This document shows positions 8,491 to 18,059 of a DNA stretch of 64,000 bases, one piece after another. The stretch lies in contig CAZMIN010000001.1 of the NCBI GenBank assembly GCA_964566405.1, positions 1,755-65,754 on the forward strand, read 5' to 3'. Under the pieces are notes generated by a model, which did not search any database, was not told the origin of the DNA, and worked only from the letters and a program-made list of their open reading frames with translations. The position numbers and the translations under genes were made by a program. Numbering within the stretch: the stretch's first letter is position 1; every line of letters starts with the position of its first letter. This stretch comes from Candidatus Woesearchaeota archaeon. Lineage in GTDB: Archaea > Nanobdellota > Nanobdellia > Pacearchaeales > GW2011-AR1.

Positions 8491-9903
8491 ATGGTTTGGT
8501 ATTTAATAATTATTATGATGAAAAAGATGGTGAAAGAAAATCTTTCTCTGAAAGAGAAGAAACACAGGGCGAGAAGAATCAGTATAAAAGAAGGCATGTT
8601 TGCCTCGGCAAAAACTTCTTTCGGATACAACTATATGGCCCCTTTTGCAATCGCAATAAACGCCAGCAGTTCTTTGGTAGCTATGCTAGGTTCCATAGCA
8701 GGCCTCTTGGGTCCGTTAAGCCAAATTTTTGGTTCTCGAATTATGGGAAAGTATTCAAGAAGAAAAATACTTCTAAACTCTGTTTTTCTGGAAATTCTTA
8801 TCTGGATTCCCATAATAACTCTAGCTTTTCTATTCTATAAAGGAATATTATTAAACAGTATTCCTTTTTTATTCTTTTTTTTCTTTTCTGTTTATGTTCT
8901 TTTTTCGAGTTTCGGTGTGCCTGCATGGTTTTCATGGATGGGCGACCTTGTAGATGAAAAATTCAGAGGAAGGTGGTTTGCAAAAAGAACATTGATAGTA
9001 GGTGTCGTCTCTGTCATTATAACAATAATTGCATCTATATTTCTAGATTATTTTAGAAGAAAAGAGTGGACAATGTTTGGTTTTATGATTCTTTTCTCTC
9101 TTGGTGCATTATCAAGGTTAGAATCTTGGAGAAATTTAAAAAAACAATACGAGCCTAAATTAAAACTAAAAAGAGGTTCTTATTTTTCTTTTTGGGATTT
9201 TCTAAAAGATACACCAAAAAATAACTTTGGAAGATTTTCTTTATATGTGGGTTTCTTATTCTTTACAATTTATATGTCTCTTCCGTTACTGGTGGTTTAC
9301 CTCCTTAGAAATCTGGGATTCAGTTATACCATCTATATGATTGTTGTCTTTACAGGGACCCTCATAGCAGGATTGACCCTTGCATGGTGGGGAAGATTTT
9401 CAGATAAATATGGAAATTACAAAATTTTGGCCATAACCTCTGTATTAATACCCACAATCCCTATTCTTTGGATTTTACATCCTTCTCCGATATACCTCAT
9501 ACTAGTTCCTTCTATAATCAGTGGAATCTCATGGACGGGATTTAATCTAGCCACAAGAAATCTCATTTATGATAATGTAGGTATCCCAAAAAGAGGTTTA
9601 GCAGTTTCTTATTTCAGAATGCTGCAGGGAATAGGGATATTTCTCGGTGCAGGCCTTGGAGCAATATTGATTAAAGTAGTAACTACCACAGTAATAGAAC
9701 CTGTTAAGATTATTTTCCTAGCTAGTGGAATACTTGGAATGGTTACTGTATTTTTTGGACTTCTAAAAATAAGGGAGGTCAGAAAAACACAAAAACTCGG
9801 AGGAAGAGATTTAAAAAATCTTATTTTAAAAGAAGGTAAGAGCAGTCTTTCTGAAGAAGTTCACGAGATATTGTCTATAAAAGATTATCTAGAGACTAAA
9901 TAG
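8491..9903 (+). CDS. Major facilitator superfamily transporter
   Basis: ~12 predicted TM segments; the two-halves MFS architecture with a G-rich loop (RLESWRN between the halves). Start is uncertain (8491, 8515 or 8527). Confidence 0.65.
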   Translation: MVWYLIIIMMKKMVKENLSLKEKKHRARRISIKEGMFASAKTSFGYNYMAPFAIAINASSSLVAMLGSIAGLLGPLSQIFGSRIMGKYSRRKILLNSVFLEILIWIPIITLAFLFYKGILLNSIPFLFFFFFSVYVLFSSFGVPAWFSWMGDLVDEKFRGRWFAKRTLIVGVVSVIITIIASIFLDYFRRKEWTMFGFMILFSLGALSRLESWRNLKKQYEPKLKLKRGSYFSFWDFLKDTPKNNFGRFSLYVGFLFFTIYMSLPLLVVYLLRNLGFSYTIYMIVVFTGTLIAGLTLAWWGRFSDKYGNYKILAITSVLIPTIPILWILHPSPIYLILVPSIISGISWTGFNLATRNLIYDNVGIPKRGLAVSYFRMLQGIGIFLGAGLGAILIKVVTTTVIEPVKIIFLASGILGMVTVFFGLLKIREVRKTQKLGGRDLKNLILKEGKSSLSEEVHEILSIKDYLETK

Positions 9904-9940
9904 TCACAAAGTATATAAAGAAAAATAAATATGTCTTACC

Positions 9941-10618
9941 ATGTTCAAGAAAAAAACCTGTAAAAATTGTGGAGAAAAAATAAACGAAAAATACAACTTC
10001 TGTCCTTACTGTAGGGTTCCCTTAAATGAAGGAGAAGACTGGGGTATGCTTGGAAAAAACGATTTCGTAACTCCTATGGAAGAGATGAGGCTACCTATGG
10101 GACTAAACACAATCTTTAATTCTTTAATGAACAATCTAAACAAGCAATTCAACGAATTAGACAGGAACGTAAAAGAAGGGAAGAAATCAAAAATACCTGC
10201 AAAGAAAGGAGGAATAAGCATAAGCATTTCGACTTCTGGAAATCTTCCTCCAGAGATAAGAGTGAAATCTTTCGGAGATGTTCCTGAGATGAGGGAAAGA
10301 GAGAGAAAAATGAAGGGGAAAGTAAATGGTCTAAAGATAGATAACCTCAAAAATAAATCTAAAAAATTTGCGGGGCTGCCAAAAGAAGAACCAGCAACAG
10401 ATATTAGAAGATTCTCAAACAGGGTTATCTATGAGATTAAAATGCCTGGAGTAAAATCCATGAAAGATATTTCAATAATTCAGCTAGAGAACAGTATTGA
10501 AATAAAAGCCCTTGCAAAAGATAAAGTATATTCAAAACTTATTCCAATAAACCTTCCTATAAGAGATTACAATCTAGAGAAAGGTAAACTAGTTCTTGAA
10601 CTCGAAGCCAAAGATTAA
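9941..10618 (+). CDS. Zn-ribbon protein with a C-terminal Hsp20/alpha-crystallin-like domain
   Basis: N-terminal CKNCGEK...CPYCR zinc ribbon. The C-terminal ~90 aa (DIRRFSNRVIYEIKMPGVKSMKDISIIQLENSIEIKA...) resembles an alpha-crystallin domain. Confidence 0.45.
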   Translation: MFKKKTCKNCGEKINEKYNFCPYCRVPLNEGEDWGMLGKNDFVTPMEEMRLPMGLNTIFNSLMNNLNKQFNELDRNVKEGKKSKIPAKKGGISISISTSGNLPPEIRVKSFGDVPEMRERERKMKGKVNGLKIDNLKNKSKKFAGLPKEEPATDIRRFSNRVIYEIKMPGVKSMKDISIIQLENSIEIKALAKDKVYSKLIPINLPIRDYNLEKGKLVLELEAKD

Positions 10619-10664
10619 ATTTTCACAAAACTTATAAATAGTTAGATTCTTTCAGATTTCATGA

Positions 10665-10739
10665 GAGCCTGTAGCTCAGCCTGGTTAGAGCACTACTCTG
10701 ATAAGGTAGGGGTCCACGGTTCAAATCCGTGCAGGCTCA
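10665..10739 (+). tRNA. tRNA-Ile (anticodon GAU)
   Basis: Cloverleaf: acceptor GAGCCTG/CAGGCTC, D-arm GCTC-AGCCTGGTTA-GAGC, anticodon stem CTACT/GGTAG with loop CTGATAA, T-arm CACGG-TTCAAAT-CCGTG, discriminator A. No encoded CCA. A TTATAAATAG box lies ~27 nt upstream. Confidence 0.85.
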
Positions 10740-10757
10740 TTCAATAATTTTAATCAT

Positions 10758-11348
10758 ATGGTCTCAAAACAAGATAAAGGCAAGATATGGGATAAAGTCT
10801 ATACAAAAAAAGCTCACTGGGAAGGAGGAGTTTCAAAAGCCGCAAGAAATCTATCTAAAAGATTAAAAAAAGGTGACAAGATATTAGATCTTGGGTGTGG
10901 TTCCGGAGATGATTCAATTTTTCTAGCTAAGAAGGGTTTCCCTATATGGGGAATTGATATTTCTAGATTAGCCATAAAAAAAGCAAAATCTTTGAGTAAA
11001 TTGAAAAACCTACATTTATCTTTGGGGGATATTGATGGTCTAAAATTTAAGAATAATTTTTTTGATGCTGTGATCTGTATGTGGGTATTAAACTCAAAAA
11101 CAACCTCTTTAGAAAAAAGCTCTAAAGAAATCCACCGTGTTTTAAAAAAAGAGGGAATTGCAACTATAGGAAACATACTCAACATAAAATACCAAAATAA
11201 AAAGATTGAAAGATTCAGAAGTAAAAAAGATATTATCAACGCATTTAAGAATTTTAAAATTCTGGAAAAAATAGAATTTGAAACCCATGACAAACACGCC
11301 AAACCACAGCACAAACACGACGTTCTTATTCTTAGTCTAAAAAAATAA
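10758..11348 (+). CDS. Class I SAM-dependent methyltransferase
   Basis: Motif I ILDLGCGSGDDSIFLA; acidic residue after beta-2 (GIDIS). Confidence 0.7.
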   Translation: MVSKQDKGKIWDKVYTKKAHWEGGVSKAARNLSKRLKKGDKILDLGCGSGDDSIFLAKKGFPIWGIDISRLAIKKAKSLSKLKNLHLSLGDIDGLKFKNNFFDAVICMWVLNSKTTSLEKSSKEIHRVLKKEGIATIGNILNIKYQNKKIERFRSKKDIINAFKNFKILEKIEFETHDKHAKPQHKHDVLILSLKK

Positions 11349-11389
11349 CACATAGTTACTTTTAAAAACCAATTTTTTCTCAATAAACT

Positions 11390-11956
11390 ATGGTAAAAGG
11401 AATGTACCATTATATAAAACAGGCCTGGAAAAAGCCAGACAAGAAGATACTCAGAGAAAGGATGGTTGAATGGAGAAAATCTGGAGTCTTCACAAGAGTT
11501 GAAAAACCACTTAGGTTAGACAGGGCTAGATCTCTCGGTTATAAAGACAAGAAGGGGTTTGTGATAATAAGAATTAGGTTAGGAAGGGGGGGTCATAAAA
11601 GACCAAGGCCAAACAAAGGGAGGAGAAGCAAGCGCCTCCATACACGAAAAAATCTTGGAATGAATTACAGGTGGATTGCAGAACAAAGGGTTGCACGAAG
11701 ATACAAGAGCCTGGAAGTCCTGAATTCTTACATGCTCGGGAAAGATGGGGTACATTATTTCTATGAAGTTATTTTGGTTGACCCAAAGAGACCCGAGATA
11801 AAAAATGATAAAAAATTAAACTGGATTACAAAATCTAAGAAGAGGCCTATGCGAGGATTAACATCTGCGGCGAAAAAATCCAGAGGATTGAGAAAGAAGA
11901 GTCCTGAGATGAAAGTCCGGCCTTCTATAAGGGCCAGAAAAAGATTAGGGAAATAA
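11390..11956 (+). CDS. rpl15e: 50S ribosomal protein L15e
   Basis: MVKGMYHYIKQAWKKP...RVEKPLRLDRARSLGYKDKKGFVIIRIRLGRGGHKRPRPNKGRRSKR is a near-canonical L15e. Confidence 0.9.
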   Translation: MVKGMYHYIKQAWKKPDKKILRERMVEWRKSGVFTRVEKPLRLDRARSLGYKDKKGFVIIRIRLGRGGHKRPRPNKGRRSKRLHTRKNLGMNYRWIAEQRVARRYKSLEVLNSYMLGKDGVHYFYEVILVDPKRPEIKNDKKLNWITKSKKRPMRGLTSAAKKSRGLRKKSPEMKVRPSIRARKRLGK

Positions 11957-11999
11957 ACAACCTTAAAAATATCTGTTTCTTGAAAAGTAAAAGAGAAAA

Positions 12000-12242
12000 A
12001 TGGTAAACATATTTAACATAATAGCAATAATAGGACTCTTATCAATAATCTCAGGGACTCTAATGATATCGCGTAAAAAAAAGATAAGGAGAATATATGT
12101 TTATCCTTTGCTAATTCTCGGAGGAATTTGTCTTGAGATTTATAGCATCTACATTCAAGATTTAATATTTATAGTTCTTCAAGGCATTTTCATAATATCT
12201 GCAATTTATGGATTAATTAAAATAAACGAACACAGAAAATGA
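12000..12242 (+). CDS. Small membrane protein (2 TM), hypothetical
   Basis: 80 aa, two hydrophobic helices; its stop overlaps the lig start (ATGA). Confidence 0.4.
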   Translation: MVNIFNIIAIIGLLSIISGTLMISRKKKIRRIYVYPLLILGGICLEIYSIYIQDLIFIVLQGIFIISAIYGLIKINEHRK

Positions 12243-13954
12243 GATATCAAAAACTTACTGATTTATATGAAGAATTATCCAGCACCACTAAACGTCTGGA
12301 GAAAATAGATATTCTTTCAAAATTTCTAAAACATCTTTCTGAAAAAGACAGAGATGTTCTCTATCTCTTGCTCGGAGACATCTATCCAGAATACGACGAA
12401 AGAAGAATAGGCATTAGCAATCAGTTGGCGATAAAGGCTATCTCAAAAGCAACAGGAATAGATACAAAGAATGTCGTACATGAATGGAAGGTAATAGGGG
12501 ATCTTGGGAAAGTTTCTGAAAAATTAACCCTTCACAAGAAACAAGCAACCCTGCACAGCCACATCTTAACGACAGAAAAAGTTCTGGAAAATCTGAGAAA
12601 GCTTCCAGAGCTAGAAGGAAAAGGAACTGTCAACAAAAAACTCTCTCTGATAACAGAACTGCTCACATCCGCCTCTCCTAAAGAAGCTCTATATCTCGTA
12701 AGAACCATTATCGGAGATTTAAGGATGGGTGTTCAAGAAAATACGGTCAGAGATGCGATTACACAAGCATTTTATAAAAAGGATAAGAATACTTCTGAAA
12801 TAATTCAAAAGGCCATAGATAAATCAAATGATTTGGCCGTGGTTTTCGGGGTCTCTCAAAAAGGAAAATTAAGCGAACTAAAAAAGATTTCCTTGAAAAT
12901 AGGCCATCCAATAAAAGCTATGCTTCCTAAAAAAGTAGCTACGATAAAAGAGGGATTTAAAGAAGTTGGTAGGCCCTGTGCATTAGAATTCAAATACGAT
13001 GGTTTCAGGATGCTAATCCATAAAAAAGACAAAGAAATAATTTTATTCACCAGAAGTTTGGAAAACGTAACCAAACAATTTCCAGAAGTTGTAGAATATG
13101 TCCAAGATTATGTAAAAGGTGAAACTTTTATTTTGGATTCAGAAGCAGTAGGTTACGATAAAAAAACAAAAGAATACACAGATTTTCAAAAAATTTCACA
13201 AAGAATCAGGAGAAAATACGATGTTGATAAATTAAGAAAACAACTCCCTATCGAACTAAATCTCTTTGACATTTTGTATTATAATGGGAAGTCTCAACTT
13301 GAGGAACCTTTTGAAAAAAGAACAAAATTGCTAAGGAAAATCGTAACTAACCACCCATATAAGATAATACACGCCAAACAAATAATAACAGGAAACGAAA
13401 AAAAAGCTAAGGAATTCTACAAACACGCATTAAAAAATAACCAGGAGGGTGTAATGATGAAGAACCTAAAATCACCCTACAAACCTGGACGTCGTGTGGG
13501 AAATATGGTTAAAATGAAACCAGAAGAGAGAGATCTCGATCTCGTGATAACAGGAGGGGAATACGGAACAGGCAGGCGTTCTGGTTGGCTCTCGAGTTTT
13601 ATCCTTTCCTGCAGAGACAAGGAAAAATATCTTGAGGTTGGGAAGATGGGAACAGGAATAAAGGAAAAATCAACAGCAGATACAGGAATAGGAATCTCTT
13701 TTGAAGAACTCACAAACAAACTTAAACCGTACATCATAAAAGAAAAAGGAAAAAAGGTTCAGATAAAGCCAAAGATAATTATTTCTGTAATTTATCAGGA
13801 TATTCAAAAATCTCCAAACTACAATTCAGGATATGCATTGAGATTTCCAAGATTCACAGCACTCAGAATGGACAAGCCTCTGAGCGAAATAGCAACGCTA
13901 AAGGAAATAGAGAAGGATTTTCATCACCAGAAAAGAAACTGGAAATACGGTTAA
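12239..13954 (+). CDS. lig: ATP-dependent DNA ligase
   Basis: Adenylation motif I in EFKYDGFRM (KxDG); DNA-binding, adenylation and OB domain order; C-terminal motif VI region. Confidence 0.9.
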   Translation: MRYQKLTDLYEELSSTTKRLEKIDILSKFLKHLSEKDRDVLYLLLGDIYPEYDERRIGISNQLAIKAISKATGIDTKNVVHEWKVIGDLGKVSEKLTLHKKQATLHSHILTTEKVLENLRKLPELEGKGTVNKKLSLITELLTSASPKEALYLVRTIIGDLRMGVQENTVRDAITQAFYKKDKNTSEIIQKAIDKSNDLAVVFGVSQKGKLSELKKISLKIGHPIKAMLPKKVATIKEGFKEVGRPCALEFKYDGFRMLIHKKDKEIILFTRSLENVTKQFPEVVEYVQDYVKGETFILDSEAVGYDKKTKEYTDFQKISQRIRRKYDVDKLRKQLPIELNLFDILYYNGKSQLEEPFEKRTKLLRKIVTNHPYKIIHAKQIITGNEKKAKEFYKHALKNNQEGVMMKNLKSPYKPGRRVGNMVKMKPEERDLDLVITGGEYGTGRRSGWLSSFILSCRDKEKYLEVGKMGTGIKEKSTADTGIGISFEELTNKLKPYIIKEKGKKVQIKPKIIISVIYQDIQKSPNYNSGYALRFPRFTALRMDKPLSEIATLKEIEKDFHHQKRNWKYG

Positions 13955-14460
13955 TCAAAATAATCAACAAAAGTTCCTTCCTCATCTATTTCATTTCCTT
14001 TGTGTTTGATAGTCCCCATAAAATTTCTTCCATCCCCTAACCATTCATACATCTTTTTATCACCAGGATTTGAAGGGACCTCCCGTACCTTAGAGATAGA
14101 AACCCCATAAGGAATTCCCTCTTCACTTTTTCTGACTTTTCCTTTATACTTTTTCGTTGAATAAACATATACCAAAAAATTATCAGGATTCTTCCAGTTA
14201 TCAAAAACTCTTCCTTCATTATCAAACAAGATTACCCCAGTTAAAACAGGTTTTATAGGTTTAAGCCCTGTTTCCTCCATCGTCTCTCTTATTACAGAAT
14301 TCATTCTTCCTTTAAGAGCATTCAATCCTTTTTCATAATCTTTTAACTTCCCTCCTGGAAGGGTAAAATAACCAGAATTAGGGTCTCCTTTCCGACTACC
14401 TTTTTTTACCATTAAAACTTTTTTACTGGAAAAAAGGTAAATCATTGTTCCGTATTTCAT
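13951..14460 (-). CDS. NUDIX hydrolase
   Basis: Nudix box LPGGKLKDYEKGLNALKGRMNSVIRETMEETGL (GX5EX7REUXEEXGU). Confidence 0.8.
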   Translation of the reverse strand: MKYGTMIYLFSSKKVLMVKKGSRKGDPNSGYFTLPGGKLKDYEKGLNALKGRMNSVIRETMEETGLKPIKPVLTGVILFDNEGRVFDNWKNPDNFLVYVYSTKKYKGKVRKSEEGIPYGVSISKVREVPSNPGDKKMYEWLGDGRNFMGTIKHKGNEIDEEGTFVDYFD

Positions 14461-14516
14461 TTCTCTAGATGAAAAAAAGATTTAATAAAAATTTGTATAC
14501 TCCATCATCCTCGAAG

Positions 14517-14548
14517 CCTTTATAAAGACATTTTTCCCTTTATAAAGA
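14517..14548 (+). promoter_or_regulatory. tbp promoter: duplicated CCTTTATAAAGA box (TATA/BRE-like)
   Basis: Two identical 12-mers at 14517..14528 and 14537..14548. The first is centred ~28 nt upstream of the tbp ATG, consistent with a leaderless archaeal transcript. Confidence 0.5.
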
Positions 14549-14550
14549 GA

Positions 14551-15111
<561 letters not shown>

Positions 15112-15133
15112 TTTCTCATTCAGAAAGATAAAA

Positions 15134-15146
15134 GCCCTATTCGGGC
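15134..15146. terminator. Hairpin GCCC-TATTC-GGGC between the convergent tbp and kinase genes
   Basis: A perfect small stem-loop. The identical 13-mer recurs at 17641..17653. Confidence 0.4.
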
Positions 15147-15243
15147 AGAAACACATAATGTCTACATCAAGGGATGTGTTTTTTTATTTCTAGAGAAGTA
15201 AAAGAAGGGAAGTTTATATAATTTTATATATTAAATCTTAAAT

Positions 15244-17554
15244 TCAAGAAGAATTTTCATGTAACCAGGACAAATCTGGATTCTGATTTTCACGTGGTTT
15301 TTGAGTTTTTTCAGAAAGAAGATTTGATTCTAAATTTCCAATCGTACCTGGCCGACAACCAACTTCTCTAGCCCTCTCTAAAATATAATTCAGTCCATTA
15401 TCTGAGAGAGAAGAAGAAGTATAACCTGTAATACCCACAAATCCCCCTATAAGAGAAGATATTCCTGCTGTAAGAGAAGTTATTTCTGCAAAGGTTCCAG
15501 TAGCCAAACCAAGTAAAGCACCCAAGGTAGTACCGCCAACAGGTAAACCAATCCCCATACCAGCAGCTGTAGCCATATCTTCTGGTGAAGGCCCTTCAGT
15601 TATGGGGATTAAATAAGATAATTCTCCAAGTCTTCTTTCTTGGTCTTTAGCAATTTCTTTTTTCCACAATTGCCAAACAGGTCTCTTTCTATAATCATTT
15701 AATGAATTTATATAGTCTGAAACATCTGGATCTTGAAGTAAACTTTGAAGTAAATCAGAATATGATTCATTTGCTTGGGATGTATCATCAAAAAGTTTTC
15801 TCATTCTTCTAAGTCTTTCTGTTTTTCCATCTTCAGGAGTCAATTCACCATATTTTATCCTTTCCTCAATGTCTTTTTCAACAAATTGTAGACGATCGTG
15901 AAGATTTTCTTTATCGTAATTATTTCTACTAAGAACTACTGGTGGAGCCCCATAATCAGTATCCATCATTGGTCTATCACGTTCCTCTTCTGAAAGTGAT
16001 TCAATATACGAAAATGCTTTTTCTTTTCTTTTATCAAGTTCAGTAGCTTTTTCACGTGCATTTTTTTGTAGAGATTTTTCTCTAAGCTTGCCCGTGCCAG
16101 TCACAAGACCTGTGTATATTGCTGAAAATCCAGACAAGAAAGCTCCAATACCTGTTCCCACATTAAGTACATCTAAAGCTTCAGGAATTGCAACTGCTAA
16201 GGCACCTCCAAAAAGTGAAAGAGAAAATGCAGCACCTCTTCCACCTTCCGCACCAATATCTCCTTCTTTAGCTTTAAAAAGACTTTTAACTTTTTCTTCT
16301 AATGATAATAGAGAGTATCCTCTTTCAATTCCTGGGATTAATTCTGCAAGTTCTTCTAAGTCCCTATTAAATTCTTGCTGAAGTTGTTTTCTTTGCTCAG
16401 AACTTGGAGTAACATCTATGTCCTGTCTACGTGCCTCATATCCTTGTAAAATAACTTCAAGCTTTTCTCCATCAATCATTCTTTGTGCTAATGAATTACT
16501 CTCTGCAACTTTTTCAAATTCTCTAACAAACTCGTGCCTTCTAATACGAAGAATTTCACCTTCAGAAGGCTTATTGTCCCAAAAATATTTATTTGCGGGT
16601 AGGGCTGTGCTAAGAGGATTTTTCTTGCTTATTTTAACTTGAGGGCGTTCTTCAGTTCCCTCCGGAATCTCTGGACTAATATCCCGATAAACGACAACTA
16701 TCCCATGGTTTCCTATTTTTGCAATCTCTTCTAAGAATGTCTTTGCGTCTGGAGATCTATTTTGATATTCAAGCGAGAGGTTTTTTTGAATAAGTGCTCG
16801 TGCGTCTGGATTAATGCTGAAAAGTTCGTAATCTTTAAGAGTTAGACCTCCAAATTCACCTAAGAGTAAATCTTTCCAAAGCATGGCTAAACTATATAGG
16901 TCTGTATTTGGTGTACTTATTCCTGCATCTACTTCTGGAGGAACATAGAATTGTCTAAATTCTTTTCCGGAAATACGTGATCTAAGAAGTTGTGTCTGTA
17001 ATTCCTCTGTTATGTGCCGGGCCATTCCAAAATCAAGAATTACAGGTTCGTCCTCTTCTTTCAATTTAATATTTTGAGGTCCTAGATCTTTATGTGCAAT
17101 TCCTTGTCTTGCTTGCATATAAGCAACTCCTTCTGCAAGTTTTGCTTGCTGCACGAGCTTCTGAAAATGGTTCTCCCCTATTGATTACTTGTTCCAGAGT
17201 TGATCCTGGTATGTAATCTGTTATTATTACAGGCCGGTTTGCCTCTCTATCAATAGGATCTGGTATCGTAAATGAATCGTAGATTCTTACTATTCTTGGA
17301 TGCTTTATATGTGAAAGAGCATCCTTCTCTGCTCTAAAAACAGATTCTGCATCGAAAATACTTGTAGAAGTCAAATGTCCATGGTAGACTTTTGCTGCTG
17401 CGTGATTGCCATTAGAACCATAAGCGTGATATACTGTTCCAAATTGTCCTTGACCTATTGTTTTTCCTGCACCCCATTCTTCATTAAGGGGTGTAAGTTT
17501 TTCAGGTAATGGTATCCCATCTTCTGTGATTTTCTGTATTGCTTGTGTTGCCAT
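15244..17554 (-). pseudogene. Ser/Thr protein kinase fused to a ~600-aa C-terminal region with two Gly-zipper hydrophobic segments; interrupted by a 1-nt frameshift
   Basis: ORF 17554..17090 encodes the kinase N-lobe (GQGQFGTVY glycine loop, AAKVY). ORF 17154..15244 continues with the catalytic loop IAHKDLGPQNIKL and DFG. The frames differ by +1 at the T4 run 17140..17143; removing one base restores ...EPFSEARAASKLAEGVAYMQARQGIAHKDL. Either a homopolymer sequencing error or a genuine frameshift. Confidence 0.6.
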
Positions 17555-17637
17555 CGAATTTCAATATTATTTCTATTTAAAAAACCTTCTATGTGTAATT
17601 ACTATTAAGTGATATACAATTAGAAATAACGCCCTAT

Positions 17638-17656
17638 TCGGGCGTTGAATCTTTTT
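17638..17656. terminator. Hairpin AACGCCC-TATTC-GGGCGTT followed by a T-run
   Basis: 7-bp perfect stem plus T6 on the + strand; it sits between the small minus ORF and the kinase start. Confidence 0.45.
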
Positions 17657-17886
17657 TATTTCAAAAAGTTTGGAATGAATTTATCAGATAAATTCTTTTT
17701 TAACAATAACCTTACAATTGAAAGAAATAAAAAGGTAACAATTAATGCTCCCATAAGGAGAATCATATCTTTTTCTAGAAATAAAAACAATATTAGAAGC
17801 AATAAAAATGAACCTATCATCACTAACTCTAAATCAATATCTTCTATAATTCTCTGTCTTCTTGATTTGCTTATTTTTCTGATCAT
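17656..17886 (-). CDS. Small membrane protein (2 TM), hypothetical
   Basis: 76-aa ORF with two strongly hydrophobic helices. Preferred over the overlapping + strand ORF 17645..17896, which is low-complexity N/I-rich. Confidence 0.3.
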   Translation of the reverse strand: MIRKISKSRRQRIIEDIDLELVMIGSFLLLLILFLFLEKDMILLMGALIVTFLFLSIVRLLLKKNLSDKFIPNFLK

Positions 17887-18059
17887 CTTTATTTAAACCA
17901 ATTCCTAATTTTTATACTTTTCTAACATAAACATCCAGAAAGAGTGTTGAAAATTAATTCCAAGCATTAACTTTCACTCCTCTAAAATAATTCTATTTCC
18001 TCTAAACTACTCAAAAATATATATAAATCTATAAAAACAACCATCATTTTCCCTAGAAT

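Noticed and set aside
8496-8840. 114-aa alternative-frame ORF overlapping the MFS transporter N-terminus
   Set aside because: Same strand but a different frame from a transporter with coherent TM topology; K/R-rich junk translation.
10814-11410. 198-aa minus-strand ORF antisense to the SAM methyltransferase
   Set aside because: The methyltransferase on the + strand has motif I and a proper start; the antisense ORF is hydrophobic low-complexity.
17090-17554. Kinase N-lobe ORF and the 636-aa downstream ORF as two independent genes
   Set aside because: Together they form one collinear Hanks-type kinase domain split by a single-base frame change at a T4 run; treated as one frameshifted gene.
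17645-17896. 83-aa + strand ORF overlapping the small minus-strand membrane ORF
   Set aside because: N/I/K-rich low-complexity; the minus-strand partner has a cleaner two-helix hydrophobic profile and matches the local transcription direction.
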